A stretch of DNA of 64,000 nucleotides from an uncultured Hyphomicrobiales bacterium (GTDB lineage: Bacteria; Bacteroidota; Ignavibacteria; Kapaibacteriales; UBA2268), in the NCBI GenBank assembly GCA_964472015.1, contig CAYYIP010000004.1, forward strand, positions 8,543 through 72,542, given 5' to 3'. Shown piece by piece: positions 40,542 to 48,951 of this stretch; positions within the stretch are counted from its first letter, which is position 1, and every line of letters starts with the position of its first letter. Under the pieces are notes generated by a model. The model made no database searches. It saw only the letters and a program-made list of their open reading frames with translations, and was not told where the DNA came from. Both the position numbers and the translations under genes were made by a program.

Positions 40542-40822
40542 ATGGATAAAAAATAACTGCTTCACGAGTATCAAAAGGAAATAAATTATTTCCTCCGTCA
40601 ATTACAATTGAAGATGATGGATTAAGAATTAACTTTCCAGGTCTTTTTAGTGGGAAAGAAGAATTTGTTTTATATGAAGATATTTCTTCTATTTCTTTTG
40701 ATGCACCTATGGTTGGGTTTACAAAATTAAATTTAAACATAAGAGGACAAATTATTACTATTGAAGGATTTTATAAAAATGACGCAAAAGAAATAAAGAA
40801 TGTTTGGGAACAAAAAACGTAA
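40542..40822 (+). pseudogene. ~93-codon ORF disrupted by a frameshift at an A6 run (40548..40553) four codons after its ATG. One extra A restores the frame.
   Basis: ATG GAT AAA AAA TAA in frame 0. With A7 the frame continues: ITASRVSKGNKLFPPSITIEDDGLRINFPGLFSGKEEFVLYEDISSISFDAPMVGFTKLNLNIRGQIITIEGFYKNDAKEIKNVWEQKT, which is globular-looking. It lies 38 nt after the copy-2 terminator. Confidence 0.35.
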
Positions 40823-40914
40823 ATAAAAATAGAAAGACGCCGAAAAATTAGTAAATCACTATTAGAGTAGATAATAAATAAAATAATTAATAATAAATAA
40901 TAAAGGAGTATATA

Positions 40915-41028
40915 ATGTCATCAAAATGTAACTGGTGTTGCAAAGAATATAATGGGAAGGGATTTATTGGTTGTTGTTGTGAAATGTGCTACAAAGAGAA
41001 AGAGAAAAACGGCACAGATAATAAATAA
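40915..41028 (+). CDS. 37-aa mini zinc-ribbon-like Cys-rich peptide, paralog 1
   Basis: AAAGGAG RBS 7 nt upstream. MSSKCNWCCKEYNGKGFIGCCCEMCYKEKEKNGTDNK. Shares the pattern C-x2-C...GCCC-x2-C-Y with paralog 2. Confidence 0.4.
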   Translation: MSSKCNWCCKEYNGKGFIGCCCEMCYKEKEKNGTDNK

Positions 41029-41145
41029 TAACTTTAATCTATATTAAATTATTTATAAATATAAAACAAATGAAACCAAAGGAAGCCGAAAAAAATTTGG
41101 GAGCAATTGTTAGAGTAGGCTATAACAACAAATTTGGAGGATATA

Positions 41146-41250
41146 ATGGCTAGAAAATGCGATTGGTGTGGTAAAGAATTTACTGGTTCTAGTGTTTATG
41201 GTTGCTGCTGCAGAAAATGCTATGAAGAATATAAAAACAGCAGAAAATAA
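41146..41250 (+). CDS. 34-aa mini zinc-ribbon-like Cys-rich peptide, paralog 2
   Basis: GGAGG RBS. MARKCDWCGKEFTGSSVYGCCCRKCYEEYKNSRK. Conserved upstream leader blocks (GCCGAAAAA, TTAGAGTAG) are shared with paralog 1. Confidence 0.4.
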   Translation: MARKCDWCGKEFTGSSVYGCCCRKCYEEYKNSRK

Positions 41251-41440
41251 AATTTTTCTTTACTGTTTTATAAGGGTAGTTTTTGCTGCCCTTCTTTTAA
41301 TTTTTAAAGTATATTTCAATAACATATTAATAAAATATGGTTTATTAAAACTAATATAAATTTGAAAATAATTTTTTAAAATGATGTAAATTTAATAGAT
41401 TAGGCCAGAAAGGCTGAAAAAACAAAAAATATCAAGAAAA

Positions 41441-41530
41441 ATGGGAATTCCTTTAACACGTCAAGGTAGACAACGTGCAGTTGGTTCTATATTTATAAAT
41501 ACAATTTTAGATAATAGCAAAAAAGAATAA
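41441..41530 (+). CDS. Possible 29-aa peptide (MGIPLTRQGRQRAVGSIFINTILDNSKKE)
   Basis: A short ORF preceded by a GGCTGAAAAAA block that resembles the leaders of the Cys-peptide genes. Support is weak. Confidence 0.2.
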   Translation: MGIPLTRQGRQRAVGSIFINTILDNSKKE

Positions 41531-41646
41531 AATAAAAATAAAAGTATTTATAAATTAATAATTACTTATTAGGTTAATTTATTAAGACTATAATACTTAA
41601 TTAATGTTATGTTAAATAAATTTTTAATATTTAGGAGAAAAAAAGT

Positions 41647-42099
41647 ATGAAGAAAAAAAGTATGAAGAAGACACAGGAAGAAAAGTCTTTTCTTAATCTG
41701 GCTGGTGAATATGGAGTTTGTGCTGAATTAAATAAAAGGAATATTTTTTCCAGTATAACTTATGGAAACCATAAGGCCGCTGATATTATTATTTTCAAGG
41801 ATGATAAAATATTTCGTATAGAAGTAAAAACAAGTACAACCAAAAAAGTTGTAACTGGCTTTTTTCAAAAATATGTTTCTAAAGATCAAAAACCTGCACC
41901 AGATTTTTGGGTACTTGTACATATTGATACTGAAACTTTTATATCAAGTTTTTATGTGCTTTCTCATATTGAAATGGGTGATGAACAAATGATATCAGAT
42001 AAAAAGGAAAGTTGGTCGCTTACTAAAGGTGTAGACAACATAGAATTTTCACGGTTAGAAAAATATAAAGATAAATGGGATAAATTGTTAAATAGTTAA
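41647..42099 (+). CDS. Small PD-(D/E)xK nuclease-fold-like protein
   Basis: Order of motifs: E in GEYGVCAEL, then D in AADIIIF, then E-x-K in RIEVKTS. 150 aa with a K-rich N-terminus. Confidence 0.4.
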   Translation: MKKKSMKKTQEEKSFLNLAGEYGVCAELNKRNIFSSITYGNHKAADIIIFKDDKIFRIEVKTSTTKKVVTGFFQKYVSKDQKPAPDFWVLVHIDTETFISSFYVLSHIEMGDEQMISDKKESWSLTKGVDNIEFSRLEKYKDKWDKLLNS

Positions 42100-42234
42100 A
42101 AAGTTTTTAATATTAAGTAAAAAATATTAATATTAAATTTAGATATTAAAACCAAAGGATAGTACATTATAACACATTATATTTGCTATCCTTATTTTAA
42201 TATTTATATTAAATTACCTAAATTTATTTCTAGG

Positions 42235-42678
42235 TTATCTTTGAAATTCTACATATTTTGGTTCAGTAGGAATATAACTTTGATCATCCCAAAGAGTACT
42301 TGTTATCATAAGATCAGCACTATATCTATTGCATGCAATAGGTATATTATGTAATCTGCATTGTCTTAATAACATTTGTATATCAGCTTCATGAGCTTGT
42401 GAATTTAAATCGTCTATTAAGAATATTGCAAGATCAATTTCATGTCTTACTACCATTGCTGCTATTTCAGCATCTCCCCCATAAGGTCCGGAATGCATAC
42501 AAGTTATATCTGCTATAATATTTTTTTCTTTAAATGCCTCGGCTACTAGTTTTCCCGTTGTGCCCGTACATACAAGTTTATGTTTTGATAATAATTCAGC
42601 ATTAAATAAAGCCCATTCTACCATATCAGCTTTACGTCTATCGTGTGCAACTAAGGCTATTTTTAATTCTTTAAGCAT
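42235..42678 (-). CDS. mgsA: Methylglyoxal synthase
   Basis: IALVAHDRRKADMVEWA...LVCTGTTGKLV...HSGPYGGD. Confidence 0.85.
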   Translation of the reverse strand: MLKELKIALVAHDRRKADMVEWALFNAELLSKHKLVCTGTTGKLVAEAFKEKNIIADITCMHSGPYGGDAEIAAMVVRHEIDLAIFLIDDLNSQAHEADIQMLLRQCRLHNIPIACNRYSADLMITSTLWDDQSYIPTEPKYVEFQR

Positions 42679-42749
42679 TTTTTTATTTTTAATAAAATTA
42701 ATTTTAATAAAATAAATTGGTTATTATATATTATTATTTATATATTATA

Positions 42750-43496
42750 TTATTTTTTATATAATATAGGTGTACAATTACATTGTTCTGCTACTATTTT
42801 TTTTGCTTCTAGAGCAGATTCTTCGCTTGAATAGTTACCTATAATAACAGCATAATGTTTTTCTCCATTTACAATTTTTTCTTTAACTTCAGTTCTTAAT
42901 TTTAATTTTATAAATTTTTCCTTTTCAGCTTCTGCCGATTTTAACGAAGAATAAAGTCCAACTTGTAACCCATAATGTTGTTTTGTTGATACTATTTTGG
43001 TTTTTGTTTGTGTAGTTAAAGCTTTTTCAATTTGTTTAGTTTTTGGTTGTAATTTATATTGCTCTTTACTTATTGCCATTTGAACAGCAATTGTTGCAAG
43101 TTCTAGAAAAGGTGAATTTTTATATTTTGTTCTAAAATATGATAATTCCTTTATTGCTTCTATTGTATCCCCAATTATTGAATTATATTGTATAATTCGT
43201 AATGCTGCATCATCTGCCCACTCACTATTTGGATATTTACTTAATATACGTTTATATAAAGGTAAAGCTTTTTCTATATTTTTTTGAATATCACCTTGTA
43301 ATAATAATACACCCGGTTCATCAGGATAATCATCTGATAATTTTATTATTTTTGACTTGACTTCTTGAATTTTACCTTCTGCAATAAGTTTTAAATACGA
43401 ATTAATTTGTGTATTTATAGTTTGTGAATATAAAATATTATTAAAACTTATTATAAGAGATATCAAAAATAATTTAATAAAAATATTTTTTTTCAT
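42750..43496 (-). CDS. TPR-repeat protein with a C-terminal SPOR (peptidoglycan-binding) domain
   Basis: Signal peptide. TPR-like region. C-terminal YGLQVGLYSSLKSAEAEKEKF...YAVIIGNYSSEESALEAKK SPOR signature. Confidence 0.6.
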   Translation of the reverse strand: MKKNIFIKLFLISLIISFNNILYSQTINTQINSYLKLIAEGKIQEVKSKIIKLSDDYPDEPGVLLLQGDIQKNIEKALPLYKRILSKYPNSEWADDAALRIIQYNSIIGDTIEAIKELSYFRTKYKNSPFLELATIAVQMAISKEQYKLQPKTKQIEKALTTQTKTKIVSTKQHYGLQVGLYSSLKSAEAEKEKFIKLKLRTEVKEKIVNGEKHYAVIIGNYSSEESALEAKKIVAEQCNCTPILYKK

Positions 43497-43545
43497 AATG
43501 TTTGGTATATTGTTTTCTTATAATTTAATTCTTTTTTATAAAAAG

Positions 43546-44550
43546 TTAGTGTATATAACTAGGTTTTGTTATTTGATTAATTAGTACATATTTTGGATTC
43601 ATATTTAATAATTTTGTATCAGTTGGTATTACTATTATAGGTTTTATTATTCCTGTACTATCATCTAATATATCTTGATAATTTATACTTATAAAAATAT
43701 CTTTAATATTTACTTTATTTATTACATCAATTCCACCACTTAAAGTAACAGAAAAATATTTAGGACATATAGAATAAGTAGTTAGTAATTGTTCATTTGC
43801 ATTTATCATTAAAGGTATATCTTCCAATGTTATTTCTGCATAAGGTTGTATTGTAGCACTTATATTAACAATTTTTGGGTTAAGTTTTAATATAGAATTC
43901 ATAGAATCCGATAAATTTATTTGTTTTATAAATGATGCAGTTACATTTTCAATTTTTACTTTTTCTGTAAACCATTCATTTATATTATTTATTACATTTA
44001 TGTTCCCTTTTATTATTGTATTTGCAGGTGTTATTTGTATGTTCCCAACTAAAGCAAATCCTTTAGCAGGCGTTATTTGTATATTTGATTTTATTGGTAC
44101 TTCTTTTGTAATTACACTAGATGTTTTAATATTTATTTTATCAGGGAAAAAACGATTTAAAGATATTTTTGAGATATTTTGTATTCCTTTTTGCATATCT
44201 ACTGATGTTATAGTATAACTTGAATCAGCCTGTTTAAAAGGTACATCTGATAATTTTATATAACAACGTTTTGTAGTATTAAGATTTAAATTTTTAAACA
44301 AATACCACCCTGTTCCACTAACATCAATTAATAATTTGTCTGCTGATAAATTTTCGCAAGCTCTATCAGCAGGCGGTTCTATTATTAATGGAACCTCTAA
44401 CATCGTTTGATATTTATCATTGAAGCTTACATAAAGCCATAATATTAAAGCTAATAATAAACAACTTCCAAATGTTTTAGAAGAAGCAAAATTTTTGATT
44501 TTTTCTTTTAATAATTTTAGTTTCTTTAATTCTTCTAATTTATTTTTCAC
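43546..44550 (-). CDS. Hypothetical membrane-anchored protein (possibly YbbR-like repeats)
   Basis: N-terminal TM helix, then a repetitive beta-rich ectodomain. No firm motif. Confidence 0.3.
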   Translation of the reverse strand: MKNKLEELKKLKLLKEKIKNFASSKTFGSCLLLALILWLYVSFNDKYQTMLEVPLIIEPPADRACENLSADKLLIDVSGTGWYLFKNLNLNTTKRCYIKLSDVPFKQADSSYTITSVDMQKGIQNISKISLNRFFPDKINIKTSSVITKEVPIKSNIQITPAKGFALVGNIQITPANTIIKGNINVINNINEWFTEKVKIENVTASFIKQINLSDSMNSILKLNPKIVNISATIQPYAEITLEDIPLMINANEQLLTTYSICPKYFSVTLSGGIDVINKVNIKDIFISINYQDILDDSTGIIKPIIVIPTDTKLLNMNPKYVLINQITKPSYIH

Positions 44551-44777
44551 TATATTTTATTTATTATTATTTGCAAGTTTTAATAACACAAAAATATATA
44601 AAATTTATATTATGACAAAAAAATAAAATATATACTCTATATAAAATAAATACGATATATTTTAAGGCAGGTTTTAATATAAACTATATTTTTATTTAAT
44701 TATAAATTAGAAATATGTATAGTAATTAATATTAATAAAATATTATAAATTTAATTTTAATAATATAGATACTGTTA

Positions 44778-45449
44778 TTAAAACAACCATCCAACTTGAG
44801 CGCCTACAAATAAATAGTTTCCTTCAATACTATTTTCTTTATCTTTATTTGATATTATATTGTTTAGGCCATAATCAAAAATAAAGTTTATTCTTGCACC
44901 TTCAATTAATTGATATCCTGCATTTATAGATGCTATTATTCCCATTTTGGTATCAAATTTCCCTCCAATAGGTACATTAAACTTTTTAGCTATAGGCGAT
45001 CTATATGATAATGATGATTCAGTTTCACTCATTATAGGAAAAGTTAATTTTGGTCCTAACCCAATATAAAATCCTGTTTCTTCAATTTCATCTCCTATTT
45101 TTGTTGTTATCCAATAATTTAACATAATAGGTATGTTAATATAAGAATCTTTTAGTTTTACTAAAATAGTACTATCAGGCTTTTCACTTGATGTTGTAAG
45201 AAATTCAATGCCCGGATTTATTGTGATATTTTCTGTAATATCAAATTCTAATTGTACGCCTGCACCACCACCTAATCCAGAAATTTTATATTTTTGATTA
45301 GGGAAATCTGTTGGGGATATACTAAGGTTGTAATATCCAACACTTGCATAAGGTAAAATATTAAATTCGCCAAATCCGAAGTCTATTGCATAAGAAATTT
45401 TGTTATTAATAACAAATATCAAAAGAAATAATAAAAAAAATTTTTTCAT
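44778..45449 (-). CDS. Outer-membrane beta-barrel protein (OmpW/porin-like)
   Basis: Signal peptide, alternating amphipathic strands and a C-terminal aromatic (…GAQVGWLF). Confidence 0.5.
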   Translation of the reverse strand: MKKFFLLFLLIFVINNKISYAIDFGFGEFNILPYASVGYYNLSISPTDFPNQKYKISGLGGGAGVQLEFDITENITINPGIEFLTTSSEKPDSTILVKLKDSYINIPIMLNYWITTKIGDEIEETGFYIGLGPKLTFPIMSETESSLSYRSPIAKKFNVPIGGKFDTKMGIIASINAGYQLIEGARINFIFDYGLNNIISNKDKENSIEGNYLFVGAQVGWLF

Positions 45450-45808
45450 ATTTTTATATTTTTAATTTAACAATTTTTTAAAAATTTTATAATTTTATAA
45501 TGAATAATATAATAATTAATATATGAGTTAATAATTATAATGTATTATTTTCAAAAATACAAAAAATATATCTAAATGCAAAAATATACGTATAAATATG
45601 TAGATTTTAATAACTAGTTTATATATTTAAAAATTTAAAAAAAAATTATAATTGTAACATATGAAGTAAGGTTTTCGTATTTTTCAACAAAATATTAAAA
45701 AAAACTAATAAAACTTTTTTAGTTTTTTTTGTTTTATTAATATTTTTTTGTTTATTTGTAAAAAATATTTTGCATAATCTTGTAAAAAAGTAAAAAAAGA
45801 GTTAATAA

Positions 45809-46489
45809 ATGAAACAGCAAAAACAACGTGAACAAATCACAGAAAGATGTTTAGAAATATTTTTAACAAAAGGTATAAAAGTTAGTACCGATGAAATATC
45901 TCGTATTTTAGGTATTTCAAAACGTACTCTATATGAATTATTTGATAATAAAGCAGAACTTATAAGAACTACGGCTGTTGTTGCTTTACGAAATATTCAT
46001 AAAAAAATGTTAATATATTCCTCTGAGAATTTTGTTGGCAATAATTATAATATTATAGATAGTTTATTACATATAAGCAATCTAGAATTTAATGAACTAT
46101 TATATCTCTATCATTGTTTTATAGAAAGTGTTAAACAAATTTATCCTGATATCTATAAAGATGTTAATGAAATCCATATATGTGCTATTACAAAGAGTTT
46201 AAGTGATGCTATTAATGATGGCATAGAACAAAATATTTTTAGGCGTGATTTAAATAAAGATATAATAGTTTTTGCTTTGTTGAATATTAGTAATCAGTTA
46301 CACGATGCAATGAAGGAAAAGGTTACGTTTTATAATAGATTTACTGTTGAAGAAGTTCTAGATAATACATTCTGGATATTTTTTCGTGGGATGTCTACGT
46401 CTTATGGTTTAAAGTTAATAGAAGAAAGATATATTCAAAATAAAAATCGTCAAAATAAAGATCAAATTCAAAAAAGTTTTAAGTTTTAA
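45809..46489 (+). CDS. TetR/AcrR family transcriptional regulator
   Basis: HTH TDEISRILGISKRTLYELF. It sits upstream of an RND efflux operon. Confidence 0.75.
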   Translation: MKQQKQREQITERCLEIFLTKGIKVSTDEISRILGISKRTLYELFDNKAELIRTTAVVALRNIHKKMLIYSSENFVGNNYNIIDSLLHISNLEFNELLYLYHCFIESVKQIYPDIYKDVNEIHICAITKSLSDAINDGIEQNIFRRDLNKDIIVFALLNISNQLHDAMKEKVTFYNRFTVEEVLDNTFWIFFRGMSTSYGLKLIEERYIQNKNRQNKDQIQKSFKF

Positions 46490-46567
46490 GTAATGTATAA
46501 AAAAATATAAATTATTTAAATATTTCATAATATATAAAACTAGATTAATAATAAATAAATAATAAAA

Positions 46568-47860
46568 ATGAAACGAATATTTTTTGGAATACTTTTATTT
46601 AGTGTTTTAGGTTATTGGAACTTACAAGCACAAGCTGCTAGTTTACAACTATCTATTAAGCAAGCACAAGATTATGCAATAGAACATAATCTTAATTTGC
46701 AAAATTCTTCATTGGAAATTCAAAAAGCAGAAGCTCAAAGTTGGCAGGTATTAGCTAGTATGTTACCACAAGTGAGTGCAGGTTTTGATTATCAAAATTA
46801 TTGTGGTTATAAAATGAATTTAATGGGGATGTCTATTCCTATGAATCCTGTTGGTACTCTTGGAGTTACTGCATCTTTTGCAGTAAGTGGTGCACAAGTT
46901 GTTAATGCTATGTTAGTTGATTTAGCTGTTAATATGGCTGATTTAAAAGTAAAGAAAGATGAACAGGCAATAAAATCTCAGGTGCGTCAGATTTATATTT
47001 CTATTTTAGCAATGGAACAAACTATGTCTTTACTAGATTCTAGTTTATTAAATCTAAAAAAATTATATGATATCGCAGAAGAAGCAGTAAAACTTGGTGC
47101 TGCTGAACAGACCGCATCTGATCAAATATCTGTTCAAGTCGCTGCAATGCATAATACAATAAATTCTACAAAACGTTCTATTGAAGTTTTGTATAATTCT
47201 TTAAGATTACAAATGGGTAGTGAAGTTAATGATGCAATAGTTTTAACTGATGATTTGAAAACACTCCTGCAAATAGATGTTATAAAACAATTGTTAGATA
47301 TTCAATTTGATATTTCTAATAATTATAATTATCAATTATTATTAAGGAATGTTGAATTAGCAGATAAACAAATAACAATGGCAAAGGTTGCATATTTACC
47401 TACTTTAAGCGCATTTTATAAATATTCATATAGAACATATTTTGGAGCTTCAGAAGGTATGAATATGACGCCGCCTAATCTAGTTGGATTATCTTTGAAT
47501 ATTCCTATATGGGCTAGTGGTGCTAGAATGAAAAAAGTAGCAGAAGCTGAAATATCAAAGCAAATAGTAGATAATACTTTAAAGAATACACAAAATGCCT
47601 TAATGATACAATATAAACAATTACATTATAATCTTACAAGTGCCTTAGAAGATTTTGAATTACAAAATAATAATATAGAGGTTACACAACGTGTTTTTGA
47701 AAGTATTTTGAATAAGTATAAATATGGGACAGCATCTAGTATGGATGTTACAACTGCAAGTTCAAACTTGATAGCTGCACATAGTACATATGTAAAATCA
47801 TTATTAGCATTGTTTAATGCTCAAATAGCGTTGGAAGATCTATTAAATAAGTACATTTAA
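46568..47860 (+). CDS. TolC-like outer-membrane efflux protein
   Basis: Signal peptide. Two repeated coiled-coil/beta halves, 430 aa. First gene of the efflux operon. Confidence 0.75.
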   Translation: MKRIFFGILLFSVLGYWNLQAQAASLQLSIKQAQDYAIEHNLNLQNSSLEIQKAEAQSWQVLASMLPQVSAGFDYQNYCGYKMNLMGMSIPMNPVGTLGVTASFAVSGAQVVNAMLVDLAVNMADLKVKKDEQAIKSQVRQIYISILAMEQTMSLLDSSLLNLKKLYDIAEEAVKLGAAEQTASDQISVQVAAMHNTINSTKRSIEVLYNSLRLQMGSEVNDAIVLTDDLKTLLQIDVIKQLLDIQFDISNNYNYQLLLRNVELADKQITMAKVAYLPTLSAFYKYSYRTYFGASEGMNMTPPNLVGLSLNIPIWASGARMKKVAEAEISKQIVDNTLKNTQNALMIQYKQLHYNLTSALEDFELQNNNIEVTQRVFESILNKYKYGTASSMDVTTASSNLIAAHSTYVKSLLALFNAQIALEDLLNKYI

Positions 47861-47895
47861 ATAATAAATAGAAAATTAAATAATAAGAGATAAAA

Positions 47896-48912
47896 ATGAA
47901 AAAATTTTTGCGTTTAATAGTTGCTATCTTGTTAATAGTTTTTACCTTAAGTTGTGGTAAAAAAGATGGCAAAAATACTAAAGTTGAAGAACGTGTTGAA
48001 AATGTAAAAACAGAACTAATAAAAAAAGATTCTATTGTAAGAATAATAGAATATCCTACAACGTTACAAGGTTATGAACAGATGAATATTTCACCATCTG
48101 TTACCGGTAATATTGAACATATTTATGTTGATGTTGGTTCGAGAGTTAAAGCTGGTCAAATATTAATACGTATGGACCAAAATCAATTAAATCAAACAAA
48201 AATAACTTTAGCTTCTACAAAAACAGAATTACAACGTTTAGAAGCCTTAAAATCAACCGGCAGTGCTTCGCAACAGGCATATGATCAATTGAAATCAAAA
48301 TACGATCAATTAGTCCAAACTTTATCTTTTTTAGAAACTAATACTTTTGTTAAAGCTAATTTTTCAGGAGTTATTTCAGCTAAAAATTATGAAGATGGCG
48401 AAATGTATGCAGGACAACCAATTTTAACGTTAACTCAATTACATTTACTAAAAGCTTTTATTAGTATTCCAGAAACTTATTTCCCGATTGTAAAAAAAGG
48501 AATGAAAGTTGATATATATTCTGATATATATCCTGATAAAGTATTTGCTGCAACAATTGAGCAAATCTTCCCAACAATAGATGCTAGTACACATACTTTT
48601 CAAATAAAACTTAAAATTCCAAATCCAAAAGAATTAATAAGACCGGGGATGTTTGTAAGGACGTCTTTGGAACTAGGAAAAGTAAATACAATTGTAGTAC
48701 CTTATCAATCAGTATTGAAAGTACAAGGTTCAAATGAACGTTATATTTTTATTAATAATAATGGAGTAGCAAAACGTATAAAAGTAGAGTTAGGACAACG
48801 TTTTGATGCACAAATTGAAATAATTTCTGATGAATTGAAAGACGGTGATGAATTAATTGTAGTGGGGCAAGCACGTTTAAATGATGGAGCTAAAATAAAA
48901 GTTGTTGAATAA
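47896..48912 (+). CDS. RND efflux periplasmic adaptor (membrane fusion protein) lipoprotein
   Basis: Lipobox LSCGKK. HlyD-like lipoyl and beta-barrel segments. Confidence 0.8.
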   Translation: MKKFLRLIVAILLIVFTLSCGKKDGKNTKVEERVENVKTELIKKDSIVRIIEYPTTLQGYEQMNISPSVTGNIEHIYVDVGSRVKAGQILIRMDQNQLNQTKITLASTKTELQRLEALKSTGSASQQAYDQLKSKYDQLVQTLSFLETNTFVKANFSGVISAKNYEDGEMYAGQPILTLTQLHLLKAFISIPETYFPIVKKGMKVDIYSDIYPDKVFAATIEQIFPTIDASTHTFQIKLKIPNPKELIRPGMFVRTSLELGKVNTIVVPYQSVLKVQGSNERYIFINNNGVAKRIKVELGQRFDAQIEIISDELKDGDELIVVGQARLNDGAKIKVVE

Positions 48913-48951
48913 TAAAAAATAATTTAAGATTTATAAAATAGATATAAAGAA

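Noticed and set aside
40537-40740. 67-aa minus-strand ORF
   Set aside because: It lies antisense to the better-supported plus-strand frameshifted ORF, which has a globular-looking translation and an ATG with upstream A-rich context. It is probably a shadow ORF.
41168-41359. 63-aa plus-strand ORF overlapping Cys-peptide paralog 2 in another frame
   Set aside because: It overlaps a better-supported small gene that has an RBS and a conserved paralog. The product is hydrophobic and low complexity with no start context.
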